DNA of 64,000 nucleotides from Candidatus Calescibacterium sp. (GCA_032249135.1 JAVVGL010000005.1:40995-104994); one strand, 5' to 3'. Positions 1 to 10,665 are shown, numbered from the stretch's first letter. Numbers and translations are program-made. The notes: generated from the letters alone by a model not told the origin.

Positions 1-505
1 GTGTTGGGTGAATTTTTATTCCTGTTATTGAGAGAGAAAGAGGGTTTTTGAAAATAACTCCGAGTGCAAATTCTGTGGGTTTGCCATAGCAGCAGCCGGC
101 AGAAAAACATCCCCATCTCCCTATTGAAAGTCCTAACATTACTGCAAGGGAGACAACATCGGCAACTTTTAGAAAACTCATTTTATTTTTCTTTGACCAT
201 ATATATCCGAGTATTATAGATAAAACTATACCACCGTACCAAGCAAGTCCTCCTTCCCATATTTTGAGAATTTTCACTGGGTCTTGAATGTAATCCTTTA
301 TATTCATCAGTATATAAGCTATTCTTGCTCCGAAAATTCCCCCTATGAGCATCCATATTATTATATCAAGGATGTAGTAAGGTTCAAATTTGAGTTCCCG
401 AGAAACTCTGGCTGCATATTCTGCTGCGATTATGAAAGCCAGGGCTATAAAAACTCCGTATGTATATATTTTTATTTTGCCTATTTCAAGTAGAATAGGG
501 TACAT
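1..505 (-). CDS. lgt: Prolipoprotein diacylglyceryl transferase (partial, runs off left edge)
   Basis: Hand translation from ATG at 505: MYPILLEIGKIKIYTYG...GGLAWYGG...GRWGCFSAGCCYGKPT...IHPT. Overlaps the murA 3' end by 20 nt. Confidence 0.93.
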   Translation of the reverse strand, partial: MYPILLEIGKIKIYTYGVFIALAFIIAAEYAARVSRELKFEPYYILDIIIWMLIGGIFGARIAYILMNIKDYIQDPVKILKIWEGGLAWYGGIVLSIILGYIWSKKNKMSFLKVADVVSLAVMLGLSIGRWGCFSAGCCYGKPTEFALGVIFKNPLSLSITGIKIHPT

Positions 506-1799
506 AGTTTGGAATTTCCTTTATTATTTCTTCTTTTTTAATTTCATCTTCAAAGATCTCAATTTTTGCGTTTGCATTTTTGAGTTTTTCTACAAAGTTT
601 TCATATCCTCTTTCTATAAGTTCAAAGTTTTTGAGGGTTGTTTGATTTTTTTCTGCTACCAATCCGGCTATAACCAGAGCTGCTGTGCTTCTCAAATCTT
701 TTGCCTCAGTTTCTGCTCCATATATTTTTGATGGGTTTATGATAATCTCTCCATTTTCCAAAGATATATCTGCTCCCATTTTTTTTAGTTCCCAGATATG
801 GGAAACTCTTTCAGGGAAAATGTTGTCTTTTATTCTGCTTTTTCCTTCGGCTTTCAAGAGCATAACACATATTTGAGGTTGTAGGTCTGTTGGGAATGCA
901 GGATAAGAGTCTGCTATAAGTAAGTCAACTGGTTTATATTTTTTTATTCCCTCAACTTCTATTTCATTCTCTGAAATTTTTATTTTTGCGCCGCATTCTT
1001 TTAAAACATCTATAACAGACTTAATATGTTCAGCTATTACATTTTTTATTTTGAGTTTCCCTTCTGTTGCAGCTGCTAAAATTAACCATGTTCCAGCTTC
1101 AATTCTATCTGGTATAAGTTCAAACTCTGCTTCTTTTATCTTCTCCCTTTTTGTTCCATCTATTAAAATTTTATCTTCTTTGGTTTCCAGCCTTATATCT
1201 ACTCCGTACTTTTTCAGGTAGTTTATAAGTTCTTGGACTTCTGGTTCTATTGCTACATTTTCTATTTCAACTTTTGAGTTTATTGACATCAGGATTGCAT
1301 TTTCTGTTCCTGTGACTGTTTTTATATCAAATTTTATTTTCCCCTCTTTTTTTGGTGTTCCATAAGCTTTAACATATTCTTCTTTCTCTTCCACTTTGTA
1401 TCCAAGGCTGTTTGCAGCTTTTATATGTTGGTCTATTGGTCTTTTGCCTATTTTGCAACCACCGGGCATCGGGATTTTTGCATTTTCAAATCTTCCTAAA
1501 AGTGCTCCAAAAATGACAACTGACCCTCTTATTTTGCCGAAATTTTCAGGAGATACATCGTTTAGTTTTATTTTTTCTGCGTTTATTATTACTTCGGAAC
1601 TTTGTATTTTGTATTCGCAGCCGAGCTCTTTCAGGAGTTCCAACATAACAAAAACATCTTTTATTTTTGGAGTGTTTTTGATTACTATTTTTTCTGCTCC
1701 TAATGCAATTCCAGCCCCTACTGCCGGAAAAAATGCATTCTTTGAACCAGAAACTTTGATCTCTCCCGATACCTTACTTTTTTCTAACAGTGCTATCAT
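486..1799 (-). CDS. murA: UDP-N-acetylglucosamine 1-carboxyvinyltransferase
   Basis: SGSKNA, PGGCKIGKRPIDQH (catalytic Cys loop), IPDRIEAGT, FPTDLQPQ, IERGYE. Confidence 0.96.
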   Translation of the reverse strand: MIALLEKSKVSGEIKVSGSKNAFFPAVGAGIALGAEKIVIKNTPKIKDVFVMLELLKELGCEYKIQSSEVIINAEKIKLNDVSPENFGKIRGSVVIFGALLGRFENAKIPMPGGCKIGKRPIDQHIKAANSLGYKVEEKEEYVKAYGTPKKEGKIKFDIKTVTGTENAILMSINSKVEIENVAIEPEVQELINYLKKYGVDIRLETKEDKILIDGTKREKIKEAEFELIPDRIEAGTWLILAAATEGKLKIKNVIAEHIKSVIDVLKECGAKIKISENEIEVEGIKKYKPVDLLIADSYPAFPTDLQPQICVMLLKAEGKSRIKDNIFPERVSHIWELKKMGADISLENGEIIINPSKIYGAETEAKDLRSTAALVIAGLVAEKNQTTLKNFELIERGYENFVEKLKNANAKIEIFEDEIKKEEIIKEIPNYVPYST

Positions 1800-1971
1800 T
1801 TGTTCTTTTCTTATTTTTCCCTCTTGCCTTTATTTTTTTTATTGTTAATTCATAATTTTAAAAAAATCAAATTATCTGGAATATGGGTTTGAATGAATAG
1901 GAAAATTTTCTTTCTTGATTGATTTGTTCTACTTCTCTTTTGTTTGGAATGCTATGATTATTCATTCATTT

Positions 1972-2896
1972 TCATTTGAAATTTTTATTTTTTGAATTTG
2001 AGTTTTTGAGAAATTTGATAAAATCTTCCCAAGTTTCCGCTCTTATCACCTCTTTTTTTATCTTTTTCAAGTGGTTTACGTCGTTTATCTTTTCTAAAAG
2101 GTTTTTGATTAGTTTTGCTTTTTGACTGCCAAACTTTGCTTGGATAATGCCAAAAATTCCTTCTCTCAAACCTTTTATGAGCCCTTCTTTCAGACCTTCC
2201 TGTCTACCTTCTTTTAATCCTTCTTCTTTTCCCCACTTATAAAGAAAAGTTTTCCTTATATCAACTTGTATTGGCATAGGCTTTACCTTTATTTCAATGT
2301 CAAATAAGCCAGCTAAAAAACTTATGCTATCTATATATTTTATGATTTTTTCTTCGTTTTTCAAGATTTCTGCAATTCTTTTTTGAACCTTTCTTATTAT
2401 TTGGGGTTTATCTTTGAATTTCCCAGCCAAAATCCCCAAAATAACCTCTGCTGGTTTCCTACTCCTTATGAATACATCAGGGTCTATTTTCTTCATGTCT
2501 AAAACTTTGTATTTTAAGGTTAGATTTGGAGTTTTGTACTCTGATGGTGGGGGATTTCCTTTACCAACGAATAAAACTATTTGTGTAGGTTCTTTTTTGT
2601 ATTTTTCTACTATTGCGTAGTAATAGCGAAACATCCTTTTTGGTAAGTTTTTATCTTGTTGAGCTTGTATTTCAACCTGGATTATTTCATCATCGGCTTT
2701 AACTAAAATATCAGGGCGAAAAGTTTTTTACTAACCTTATTTCCGCAGATATAACTTTGACTTTTTTACCTATTTTTTTACCAATAGCTAAGTAGTAAAT
2801 CATTCCTATTGCTTCGGAGAAAATTTCTTTTAAAATCGCATCAAATCTTTTGAGCTCTTTTTTGCGTTTTTGGTATTGCTTTTTATGCTTTTTCAT
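1972..2896 (-). pseudogene. Rpn/YhgA-like PD-(D/E)xK nuclease (putative transposase family), frameshifted
   Basis: ORFs 2711..2896 and 1972..2634 plus the intervening sequence are colinear with intact paralog 32158..33108. T6 at 2724-2729 versus T5 at 32913-32917. Removing one base restores LVKTFRPDILVKADDEIIQVEIQAQQDK. Confidence 0.88.
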
Positions 2897-3082
2897 TTTT
2901 TTCTTCTATTCTAATTTTGCTTTGAAATTTTATTTCAGAAAATGATTTTACTTATTTATTTTGGTTTTCGGACGCTTTTGTTTTCCTTTATAGTGATAAT
3001 TCAAAAAAAAGAAAAGGAGAAGAAATATTAGAAAAAATATGCTCTTGATTATTTATCGTTCAATTCTTAAATTTTTTCTTGT

Positions 3083-4588
3083 ATGGGGAATAGTGTTTTG
3101 GTCGTTGAAGATGATGTCCAAGTTGCTAAATCTTTGTCTGATCTTTTGAGTAGAGATTTCAAAGTTTCTGTTGCTTATTCTGCTGAAAGTGCTCTTGAGA
3201 TTCTATCTGAAAATGATTTTGACCTTGTGTTGTGTGATTTAAAACTTCCTGGTATGTCTGGGCTTGATTTGCTGCGAAAAGTAAAATCTTTGGGAATAAA
3301 TACTCCTTTTGTTGTCCTTACTGCTTTTGGTGATATACCTACTGCTGTTGAAGCTATGAAACTCGGAGCAGTTGATTTTATAAGAAAGGGAGAAACTTCA
3401 CCTGATGAACTTATCACAAGAATAAGAGATATTATTGAAGATAAATATGAGTTTGAGTTTATTGCAGGAAGTGAAGTTATGAAAAATCTTGCTGCTCTGG
3501 CAAGAAAAATAGCTAAAACAGACTCAACCGTTCTTATAATAGGAGAGTCAGGGGTTGGAAAGGAGGTTCTCGCAAGATACATACATAAATATAGTCCAAG
3601 AGCTCATAAACCATTTTTAGCTGTGAATATGTCAGCAATTCCTGATACCTTGCTTGAAGCCGAGCTTTTCGGATATGAAAAAGGAGCTTTTACAGGTGCT
3701 GAAAAAAGAAAATTAGGTAAATTTGAACTTGCATCTGGTGGAACAATTTTACTTGATGAGATAGGAGATATGCCTTTACATCTGCAACCAAAAATACTCC
3801 GGGTAATTCAGGAGAAAAAAATAGAAAGGCTCGGTCAAGGTTCTGTCAATTCTGTTAGCGTAGATGTCAGAATTATATCAACCACAAATAAAGACCTTGA
3901 AAATCTCGTAAAAGAAGGAAAATTCAGAGAAGATTTGTATTACAGATTATCTGTTATTCCTATAAAAATTCCGCCTTTGAGAGAAAGAAAGGAGGATATT
4001 CCTTATCTTACGGATTATTTTTTCAGAAAGCTTGGGAGAAAATATGGAGTTGAAATAGTTTGGGATAAAGATTTTCTCTCAAAACTTTTTGAATATGATT
4101 GGCCAGGAAATGTCAGAGAACTTTACAATGTTCTTGAAAGAGCTTTTATACTCTCTTGGTCAGGACAAAAAAATGTCAAGGTCTTGCCAGAGAATATAAT
4201 TTTCTCAACTTCTGATCTCATTTCTGCTTTGGGTAAAAACAGCGACTTTAAATCAAAAGAAATTTTAGGCTCAAATGAAATTGATTTAGGTAAAAAAGAT
4301 TATCAAAGAAACGAAGCATTTGAAGCATTTGGGACAAAAAAAGAGGGTAGTGAATTTAGTTCAGGAGATAAAAAAGAGGGAGTTGGAATCCAAAAATTGG
4401 GATTCGGTGTAAATTTTGATGACCTCAACATAAAAAATATGGAGAAGATTTTCATTTTAGAGGCTCTTGCAAGGACTGGAGGAAACAAAACAAAGGCAGC
4501 TCAACTTTTGGGAATAACGGTGAGAACTTTGAGAAACAAACTCAAAGAATTAAATATCCAAAAAGGAAGCGAATCAGATTTGGACTGA
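3083..4588 (+). CDS. Sigma-54-dependent response regulator (REC-AAA+-Fis HTH; NtrC/FleR-like)
   Basis: REC (VVEDD, LCDLKLP), Walker A GESGVGKE, GAFTGA, Walker B LLDEIGD, WPGNVREL, C-terminal GGNKTKAAQLLGI. Confidence 0.95.
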   Translation: MGNSVLVVEDDVQVAKSLSDLLSRDFKVSVAYSAESALEILSENDFDLVLCDLKLPGMSGLDLLRKVKSLGINTPFVVLTAFGDIPTAVEAMKLGAVDFIRKGETSPDELITRIRDIIEDKYEFEFIAGSEVMKNLAALARKIAKTDSTVLIIGESGVGKEVLARYIHKYSPRAHKPFLAVNMSAIPDTLLEAELFGYEKGAFTGAEKRKLGKFELASGGTILLDEIGDMPLHLQPKILRVIQEKKIERLGQGSVNSVSVDVRIISTTNKDLENLVKEGKFREDLYYRLSVIPIKIPPLRERKEDIPYLTDYFFRKLGRKYGVEIVWDKDFLSKLFEYDWPGNVRELYNVLERAFILSWSGQKNVKVLPENIIFSTSDLISALGKNSDFKSKEILGSNEIDLGKKDYQRNEAFEAFGTKKEGSEFSSGDKKEGVGIQKLGFGVNFDDLNIKNMEKIFILEALARTGGNKTKAAQLLGITVRTLRNKLKELNIQKGSESDLD

Positions 4589-4686
4589 ATTTCGGATTAT
4601 TCTATTTTTGAGAGATTAGAAAATATTTATGTTTTTCACTAAATTTTTAACAATATGTCCTTGTAAAAAATGGAGAGAAAAAAGAA

Positions 4687-5556
4687 ATGAGAATAGTTTT
4701 TATAACTGGAATATCGGGTTCAGGAAAAACGACCGCACTCAAAACACTAGAAGATATAGGTTTTTACACAGTAGATAACATTCCAATAGATATGATATTT
4801 GATTTTGTCTCGCTTACGAAGAAAGCAAATATAAAAGATGTGGCTCTATCGCTTTTTTTCAAAGATGAAAAAACAGCACAAAAATTTTCCGAAATTATAA
4901 ATCAGTTGAAAGAAGAAGTAAAAGATGGAAGGGTTATCCTTATGTTCCTTGAAGCATCAGATGATGCCATAATAAGAAGGTATAAGGAAACAAGAAGAAA
5001 ACACCCATTCGGAGATGAGATAAAGTCAATAGATATGGCAATCAAAAAAGAAAGGGAAATTCTGAAATTAATCTTTGATATATCAGATATAAAATTGGAT
5101 ACAACACAAATGAATATTCATCAGCTCAGAGAAAAAATAAGGGAACTCTTTGGAGATGAAAAAGGTATGGAGCTCACATTTCAAATATATTCCTTTGGTT
5201 TCAGATATGGAATTCCCCAGGAATCAGACCTTGTATTTGATGTCAGATTTATCAGAAACCCAAACTTTGACCCTCAACTCAAAAAATTTGACGGAACCCA
5301 TCCGGAAGTTCAAAAATATATTTTTGAAGATGAAAATGCAAGGAAATACCTTGAAATGATAAAAGAAATGATCAGATTTTTGACAGAAAGGTTCAAAAAA
5401 GAGGGAAAATTTATAGCAACAATATCCATAGGCTGCACTGGAGGTAGGCATAGATCAGTAGCATTTGCGGAAAAAATCAAAGAATTCATAGAAAATGAAA
5501 TAAAAGCAAAAGTCATTCTAATACATAGAGACAAAGAAAAAGAATCTGTAATATGA
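4687..5556 (+). CDS. rapZ: RNase adapter RapZ (YvcJ family P-loop NTPase)
   Basis: ITGISGSGKT, RRYKETRRKHP, SFGFRYG, DVRFIRNP, IGCTGGRHRSV. Confidence 0.95.
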   Translation: MRIVFITGISGSGKTTALKTLEDIGFYTVDNIPIDMIFDFVSLTKKANIKDVALSLFFKDEKTAQKFSEIINQLKEEVKDGRVILMFLEASDDAIIRRYKETRRKHPFGDEIKSIDMAIKKEREILKLIFDISDIKLDTTQMNIHQLREKIRELFGDEKGMELTFQIYSFGFRYGIPQESDLVFDVRFIRNPNFDPQLKKFDGTHPEVQKYIFEDENARKYLEMIKEMIRFLTERFKKEGKFIATISIGCTGGRHRSVAFAEKIKEFIENEIKAKVILIHRDKEKESVI

Positions 5557-5631
5557 GAGAAGCTTGAAAATTCAAAAGAAGAAATTAAACTGAAACTAAA
5601 TTTGATGGTCTATTTTTTGAAATTTTCAAGC

Positions 5632-6498
5632 TCAGTGAAGGGTATAATAAACTGTTATTTCGTTTAATATTTCTGGCATAGCGGAGGCGAATGTAGATTT
5701 TATATAAATATCTGAGTTAAAATACTGATCTGTTGGATTTATTTCTATGAGTATTCCCCCATTATTTTTCACAATTTGAGGAATATATGCTGCAGGGTAA
5801 ACTACCCCCGATGTTCCTGCAATTATGCAACAGTCAGCTCTTCTTGCATAATCTAATGCGATATCCATATCTTGAACTGGTTCTGTGAAAAATACAATAT
5901 CTGGTCTCATTATCCCCCCACAATCACAAAGTGGGATAGATTCTCCGAAAATCTTAATCACTTCTTCCAAACTTATTCTACCTTTTAGTATGAAATGAGA
6001 AAAATCCAACTTTCTTACCTTCTTGGCGAATTCTATTGCTTTTTCAACTGCACTTTTTTTGTCTATTTTTTTCTTTTCTCCGCAAAGTATGCATCTCAGG
6101 CGCGTTGCGCTCCCATGAACTTCTATAACATTTTTGCTTCCAGCTTCTTGATGAAGATTATCTATATTTTGAGTTATAACTGCTTTCAGAATATCCATAT
6201 TTTCAAGTTTTGCAAGAGCAATATGTCCGGCATTTGGTTTTGCCTTTCCGAGAACCTCAACGGTAGATATGACAAATTCAGAAAATCTTTCTGGATCAGA
6301 AAAAAGAACATTTATCAAGCCTTGTGGAGTTCCAAAGATTTCAGGTGGAAATTTCTCCCAGAGACCTCCTTTATCTCTGAAAGTTGGAATTCCAGATTCA
6401 GCTGAAACTCCTGCTCCGGTGAAAGCTATGACAAAATTTGATTTCAATATTCTCTCAGCAGCATATTTTATAAGCTCTTTTTTGCTCTGTTCATTCAT
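5632..6498 (-). CDS. cobB: NAD-dependent protein deacylase (sirtuin, CobB-like)
   Basis: TGAGVSAESGIPTFR, TQNIDNLHQEAG, HGS, Zn ligands CILC/CDC, RPDIV, GTSGVVYPAA. Start moved to ATG 6498 (MNEQ). Confidence 0.9.
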   Translation of the reverse strand: MNEQSKKELIKYAAERILKSNFVIAFTGAGVSAESGIPTFRDKGGLWEKFPPEIFGTPQGLINVLFSDPERFSEFVISTVEVLGKAKPNAGHIALAKLENMDILKAVITQNIDNLHQEAGSKNVIEVHGSATRLRCILCGEKKKIDKKSAVEKAIEFAKKVRKLDFSHFILKGRISLEEVIKIFGESIPLCDCGGIMRPDIVFFTEPVQDMDIALDYARRADCCIIAGTSGVVYPAAYIPQIVKNNGGILIEINPTDQYFNSDIYIKSTFASAMPEILNEITVYYTLH

Positions 6499-6592
6499 AT
6501 AAAGAAAAAGTAATCGAGAAAAAAATTTAAAACAAAAAATAAATAAGTTAGTAAAAGAAAAAAAGAAAGAGAGAAATGGGGCTCGGAGAATT

Positions 6593-7633
6593 TCAATGTA
6601 TTGACAAAGTTTTGAGTATTCCTTTTTCCTGGGCGGATTTATAGATCGCATATCCAACAAAAACATCAAGGATAGATATACCGGTTGAGTCAAAAACAAC
6701 TCTCTTTTCGGGGGGAATCTTTTTCATTCCAGCTATTATTTCTCCAATCTCTCCGAATATTATTGATTTATCTATTTGTCCTTTTTTTAATGGGACATTT
6801 ATTTCTCCTCCATGTATTGCTTGTTCTCTGTTGTCTACAATAACTATGGAACTTTTCAGTATTTCCGGGGAGAGCTCCTGTTTTCCTGGTCCATCGGCTC
6901 CCATAGCATTAATTAACTTTACATTCTCAACATGTTCTAACATAAGAAAGGGTTGGGTTGACGGTGTAATGGTTACGACGACATCGCAATCTTTGAAATC
7001 AAAAAGAGAATTTGCTTTTCTGGGTCTGAAACCAAGGTTCTGGGAAAACTTCTCAAATTTTTCCATAGCATCAGGTGATATATCATAAATGATAACATCC
7101 TTTATTTTTTTGACGCAAGATATCAGGGCAAGTTGAGTTCGTGCTTGAACTCCGCACCCAATTATTCCTAACTTTATGCTTTCTTGCTTCTGATCTATTA
7201 TGTGTTTAACAGCAACTGCTCCTGAAGCTCCTGTTCTCATAGCTGTAAGGTAGGTTGCATCCATAACGCACAGTAAAGCCCCTGTATTTGAATCAATAAG
7301 GACAAAAAAACCAATAACTACCGGGAGCCCTCTGTTTTTGTTTTGAAAGTGTACGCTAACTATTTTGATACCACTTACCTTTTTACCATCTATTTCAACA
7401 ACTGATGGCATCACCCTCATATCTCCATCTTGATAGAAAAAGTAGAGCTTGCTTGGCATCTGAATAGCATCTTTAAATTCAGCTGTATATCTATATGCTT
7501 TTTCAACATATTCTATCGCAAGAGACGGAGTAAGTATGTCCTGAATTTCGTTGAAACTTAAAAAGAAAGTATCAAGATTTAAAGATTTGAACTCGTTTTT
7601 TAAAATCTCAACTATCTTTGCTTCTTCGCTCAT
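6593..7633 (-). CDS. Ornithine cyclodeaminase/mu-crystallin family protein, archaeal-type alanine dehydrogenase-like
   Basis: MPSKLY..GDMRVMP, MDATYLTAMRTGA, GIIGCGVQA, NAMGADGPGKQEL, HGGEINV, FDSTG. Start moved to ATG 7633 (MSEE). Confidence 0.85.
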   Translation of the reverse strand: MSEEAKIVEILKNEFKSLNLDTFFLSFNEIQDILTPSLAIEYVEKAYRYTAEFKDAIQMPSKLYFFYQDGDMRVMPSVVEIDGKKVSGIKIVSVHFQNKNRGLPVVIGFFVLIDSNTGALLCVMDATYLTAMRTGASGAVAVKHIIDQKQESIKLGIIGCGVQARTQLALISCVKKIKDVIIYDISPDAMEKFEKFSQNLGFRPRKANSLFDFKDCDVVVTITPSTQPFLMLEHVENVKLINAMGADGPGKQELSPEILKSSIVIVDNREQAIHGGEINVPLKKGQIDKSIIFGEIGEIIAGMKKIPPEKRVVFDSTGISILDVFVGYAIYKSAQEKGILKTLSIH

Positions 7634-7773
7634 ATTCAAAACACGCAAGCAGTGATATACAGACAAAAAATATATTTCGTGAAAAAAACAATGATTTTCC
7701 CTAAAAGCAAATTTTTTATCTTGAAAACTTTCATATTTTGTTCTGAAAAATTTCATAAATTGAATTATTAAGA

Positions 7774-8211
7774 ATGGAGAAAATAAAAGAGATTTTAAGT
7801 AATACAATTTTTAGCAAGAATTTTTTACTTCAAGCAATAAGATACGGAATAGTAGGTTTAGCTGGAATAACGACAAATCTTTTGACCTTTTCTCTTTTGG
7901 TCTATGTGATAAAAGTGTGGTATATAATAGCTGGTCCAATAGCTGGTTTAGTAGCACTTACGCAAAATTTCATATTACACAGGAAATTTACATTCAGGGG
8001 ATATTCAAGTTTCAAAATTATATCTTTTTCTGGATTGAAAAGGTATATAAAATTTTTTCTGTTATCTTTGATAAATACTCCTGCGTTTTCATCTTTACTA
8101 TATTTTCAAGTTGAAATATTGCATTTTCCAAAGGTAGTGGCACAATTTTTTGCAAGCGTTATATTAGGTCTTTTTTCTTTTCTGATATCAAGAAAATTTA
8201 TTTTTTCATAA
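7774..8211 (+). CDS. GtrA-family membrane protein
   Basis: 145 aa, about 4 TM segments, RYGIVG..., NFILHRKFTFR, RKFIFS pattern. Confidence 0.8.
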   Translation: MEKIKEILSNTIFSKNFLLQAIRYGIVGLAGITTNLLTFSLLVYVIKVWYIIAGPIAGLVALTQNFILHRKFTFRGYSSFKIISFSGLKRYIKFFLLSLINTPAFSSLLYFQVEILHFPKVVAQFFASVILGLFSFLISRKFIFS

Positions 8212-8230
8212 AAGCTATTTTTTATAAAAG

Positions 8231-8584
8231 CTACCCTGGAGGCCATCTCATCTGCCTTCCCCCTAATAAATGGAAATGCAAATGATAAACCGTTTGACCA
8301 CCTTCAGGGTTAGTATTCACTACAATTCTGAAACCTCTTTCTGATATTTTCATCTGGTCCGCTATAATTTTACATGCCTTTATGATTTCATGTAGTATCT
8401 CTTTATCTTCTTCTGAATCTGATATATCTGTGATTTTCTCAATATGCTTTTTGGGGATAACAAGTATATGGATGGGAGCTTGCGGGTTTATATCGTGGAA
8501 TGCTACAATTTTTTCATTTTCATATACTTTTTTTGAGTCTATTTCTCCCCTCACTATTTTGCAGAAGATACAATCACCCTTCAT
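8231..8584 (-). CDS. hinT: HIT family nucleotide-binding protein (HinT)
   Basis: DCIFCKIV, DINPQAPIHILVIPK, GQTVYHLHFHLLGGR, WPPG. Start ATG 8584. Confidence 0.92.
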   Translation of the reverse strand: MKGDCIFCKIVRGEIDSKKVYENEKIVAFHDINPQAPIHILVIPKKHIEKITDISDSEEDKEILHEIIKACKIIADQMKISERGFRIVVNTNPEGGQTVYHLHFHLLGGRQMRWPPG

Positions 8585-8743
8585 AACTTTTTGTGCTTTT
8601 AGTAAAGGAGTAATTAAATTCCAAAAGAAATTTTTTTGTCCAAAAATTTTTAATAAAAAATTCCTTAATTTCGGGTTATAAATTAAACTTCCTGCTATCC
8701 TTCTTTTGCCAATCATTTATTTAAATTAATATTATTCAATTTT

Positions 8744-9754
8744 TTATTCAATTTTTATCTTTTCATCCATAGCATTTCTTCTGAGTATATCTGATATTTC
8801 TTTTGCTGCGGTGTAAGGATCTTTTTGCCCGTCTAATATCTTTTGAAGCTCGTCTTTGAAAATCTTTGTTTCTTTCAAAGTCCGAATTATGCTTTTAGAT
8901 AGATTACTTACGAAATCTCTCTCTAACCTGCTTTTTCTCTTTTGCAATATCAAATTGTTCTCTTTCAAGAATTTTTTGTGCTCATCTATTTTTTCTATCA
9001 ACTCATCTATCCCTTGACCTTCTTTTGCTATCGCTTTCAACACAGGTGGCTTCCATTTTATATTTTCTCCTATCCCTGCCAGAACCATATAGGCAGTATC
9101 TATTGCAACTTTTATTTCATTGAAAAGCTTATCTGCGGATGGTCTATCTGACTTATTGAGGACGATTATATCTGCGATTTCAAGGATACCACTTTTCATA
9201 AATTGTATTTCGTCTCCGCTTTCTGGTGAGACTACCAGAACTACCGTGTCGGCGACTTTGTGTATTTCTGTTTCCGTTTGCCCTGTTCCTGCAGTTTCTA
9301 TTAATATGTTTTTCATACCAAATAGGACATAAAGATTTATTATATCTCCTGTGTTTGCCGATATTCCGCCAAATTCTCCCCTCGTTCCGACGCTCCTTAT
9401 GAATACTCCATCTTGTTCTGTCTTCTCTGATCGTATCCTTATTCTATCTCCTAAAATTGCTCCTCCTTCAACTCTTACCGATGATGGATCACACAATAGA
9501 ACCCCTCCTTTTATCTTTTTTATAAGCTGTGATATTATTGTGCTTTTTCCCGTTCCTGCCGCTCCCGTGATTCCTATTATATGAACATCTTCTGATAGCA
9601 AGTTTCTTCCTGTTCTTTTTGATATTTCAGATATTAGGAGATAACTTTTTTCTGGGTTCCTTTCAACAAAACTTATTGCTCGTGATAGCGCAATCTTTTC
9701 TCCTCTTACAAAACCTTCTACTATATCCTCAAACATAAAACAAATTCTATTCAT
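8744..9754 (-). CDS. meaB: Methylmalonyl-CoA mutase-associated GTPase MeaB/ArgK
   Basis: ALSRAIS, GITGAAGTGKST, DPSS..GGAILGDRIR, ETAGTGQTE, GDEIQFMKSGILEIAD, NKSD. Confidence 0.9.
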   Translation of the reverse strand: MNRICFMFEDIVEGFVRGEKIALSRAISFVERNPEKSYLLISEISKRTGRNLLSEDVHIIGITGAAGTGKSTIISQLIKKIKGGVLLCDPSSVRVEGGAILGDRIRIRSEKTEQDGVFIRSVGTRGEFGGISANTGDIINLYVLFGMKNILIETAGTGQTETEIHKVADTVVLVVSPESGDEIQFMKSGILEIADIIVLNKSDRPSADKLFNEIKVAIDTAYMVLAGIGENIKWKPPVLKAIAKEGQGIDELIEKIDEHKKFLKENNLILQKRKSRLERDFVSNLSKSIIRTLKETKIFKDELQKILDGQKDPYTAAKEISDILRRNAMDEKIKIE

Positions 9755-9858
9755 TTATTCTAATGTGTAAGTTATTCCAAGAAAAATCAAAACAAATCTT
9801 TCCTCAAAAATCCTTGCAAGTATAATCTGATTTTTTTTCGTAAATAAAATTTTGTTCT

Positions 9859-10665
9859 ATGTCAGAGGAAAAAAATGCAGTCTTATTCCAAAAAATAGAT
9901 GACGGGAAAATAGTAAAAGTGGTTTTCAACAAACCAGAAAGAAGAAATCTTATGGATCCAGAAATTATGGCAGGTTTGTCTGATGCGATTGAAAGAATCA
10001 AAGCATCTGATGAGGTAAGATGTGTAATAATTACAGGAAGTGGAAATTCGTTCTGTGCTGGTGCTGATTTTTCAACCTTGCAAATGTTTGCCACAGAAAA
10101 AGGTCTATCAGGAGCAGCAGGAATGAGAGAAGGTATAATAAAATTTTATAACTCATTTATGAAAATTCTTGAAGTGGAACAACCCGTTATAGCCTCGCTT
10201 AATGGATACACAATAGGAGGGGGGCTCGCTTTCGCACTCCTTTGTGATATAAGAATTGCATCATCGGACGCAAAAATAGCCGCAAACTTTGCAAAAGTTG
10301 GAATACATCCTGGAATGGGAATAACCTATACTTTACCTTTAATAGTTGGACTTGAAAAAGCTTGCGAACTTCTTTTTACAGCAAAATTCATAACAGGAGA
10401 AGAGGCAGAAAAAATAGGACTTGTTGCAAAGGCGGTTCCTCCCGAAAAGCTTGAAGAAGAAACTCTGAATATGGCTCGCCAAATTTCCGAAAACGCTCCG
10501 TATGTTATAAAACTTACAAAGAGAATACTAAAAAGAGAATTCCATGTGAAGGCTCAAGCTGAGATAGAAGCTCTGGCTCAATCAATATGCTCACAGATGG
10601 AAGATGCAAAAGAAGGAGTGAGAGCTTTCTTTGAAAAAAGAAAACCTGAATTCAAAGGTAGATAA
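9859..10665 (+). CDS. Enoyl-CoA hydratase/isomerase family protein
   Basis: FCAGADF, PVIASLNGYTIGGG, CDIRIAS, EGVRAFFEKRKPEFKG. Confidence 0.92.
   Translation: MSEEKNAVLFQKIDDGKIVKVVFNKPERRNLMDPEIMAGLSDAIERIKASDEVRCVIITGSGNSFCAGADFSTLQMFATEKGLSGAAGMREGIIKFYNSFMKILEVEQPVIASLNGYTIGGGLAFALLCDIRIASSDAKIAANFAKVGIHPGMGITYTLPLIVGLEKACELLFTAKFITGEEAEKIGLVAKAVPPEKLEEETLNMARQISENAPYVIKLTKRILKREFHVKAQAEIEALAQSICSQMEDAKEGVRAFFEKRKPEFKGR

Noticed and set aside
2715-2735. A_AAA_AAC heptamer at the Rpn frameshift as a programmed -1 ribosomal frameshift
   Set aside because: The nuclease continues in the +1 frame (ACT TTT CGC CCT GAT); a -1 slip gives LFALI and does not restore it.
2897-3082. Sigma-54 promoter upstream of the enhancer-binding protein
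   Set aside because: The best GG...GC candidate has 9-nt rather than 10-nt spacing and poor consensus.
5632-6498. Sirtuin as an anti-phage SIR2 effector
   Set aside because: It is a canonical Zn-binding CobB-type deacylase in housekeeping context with no defence partners.
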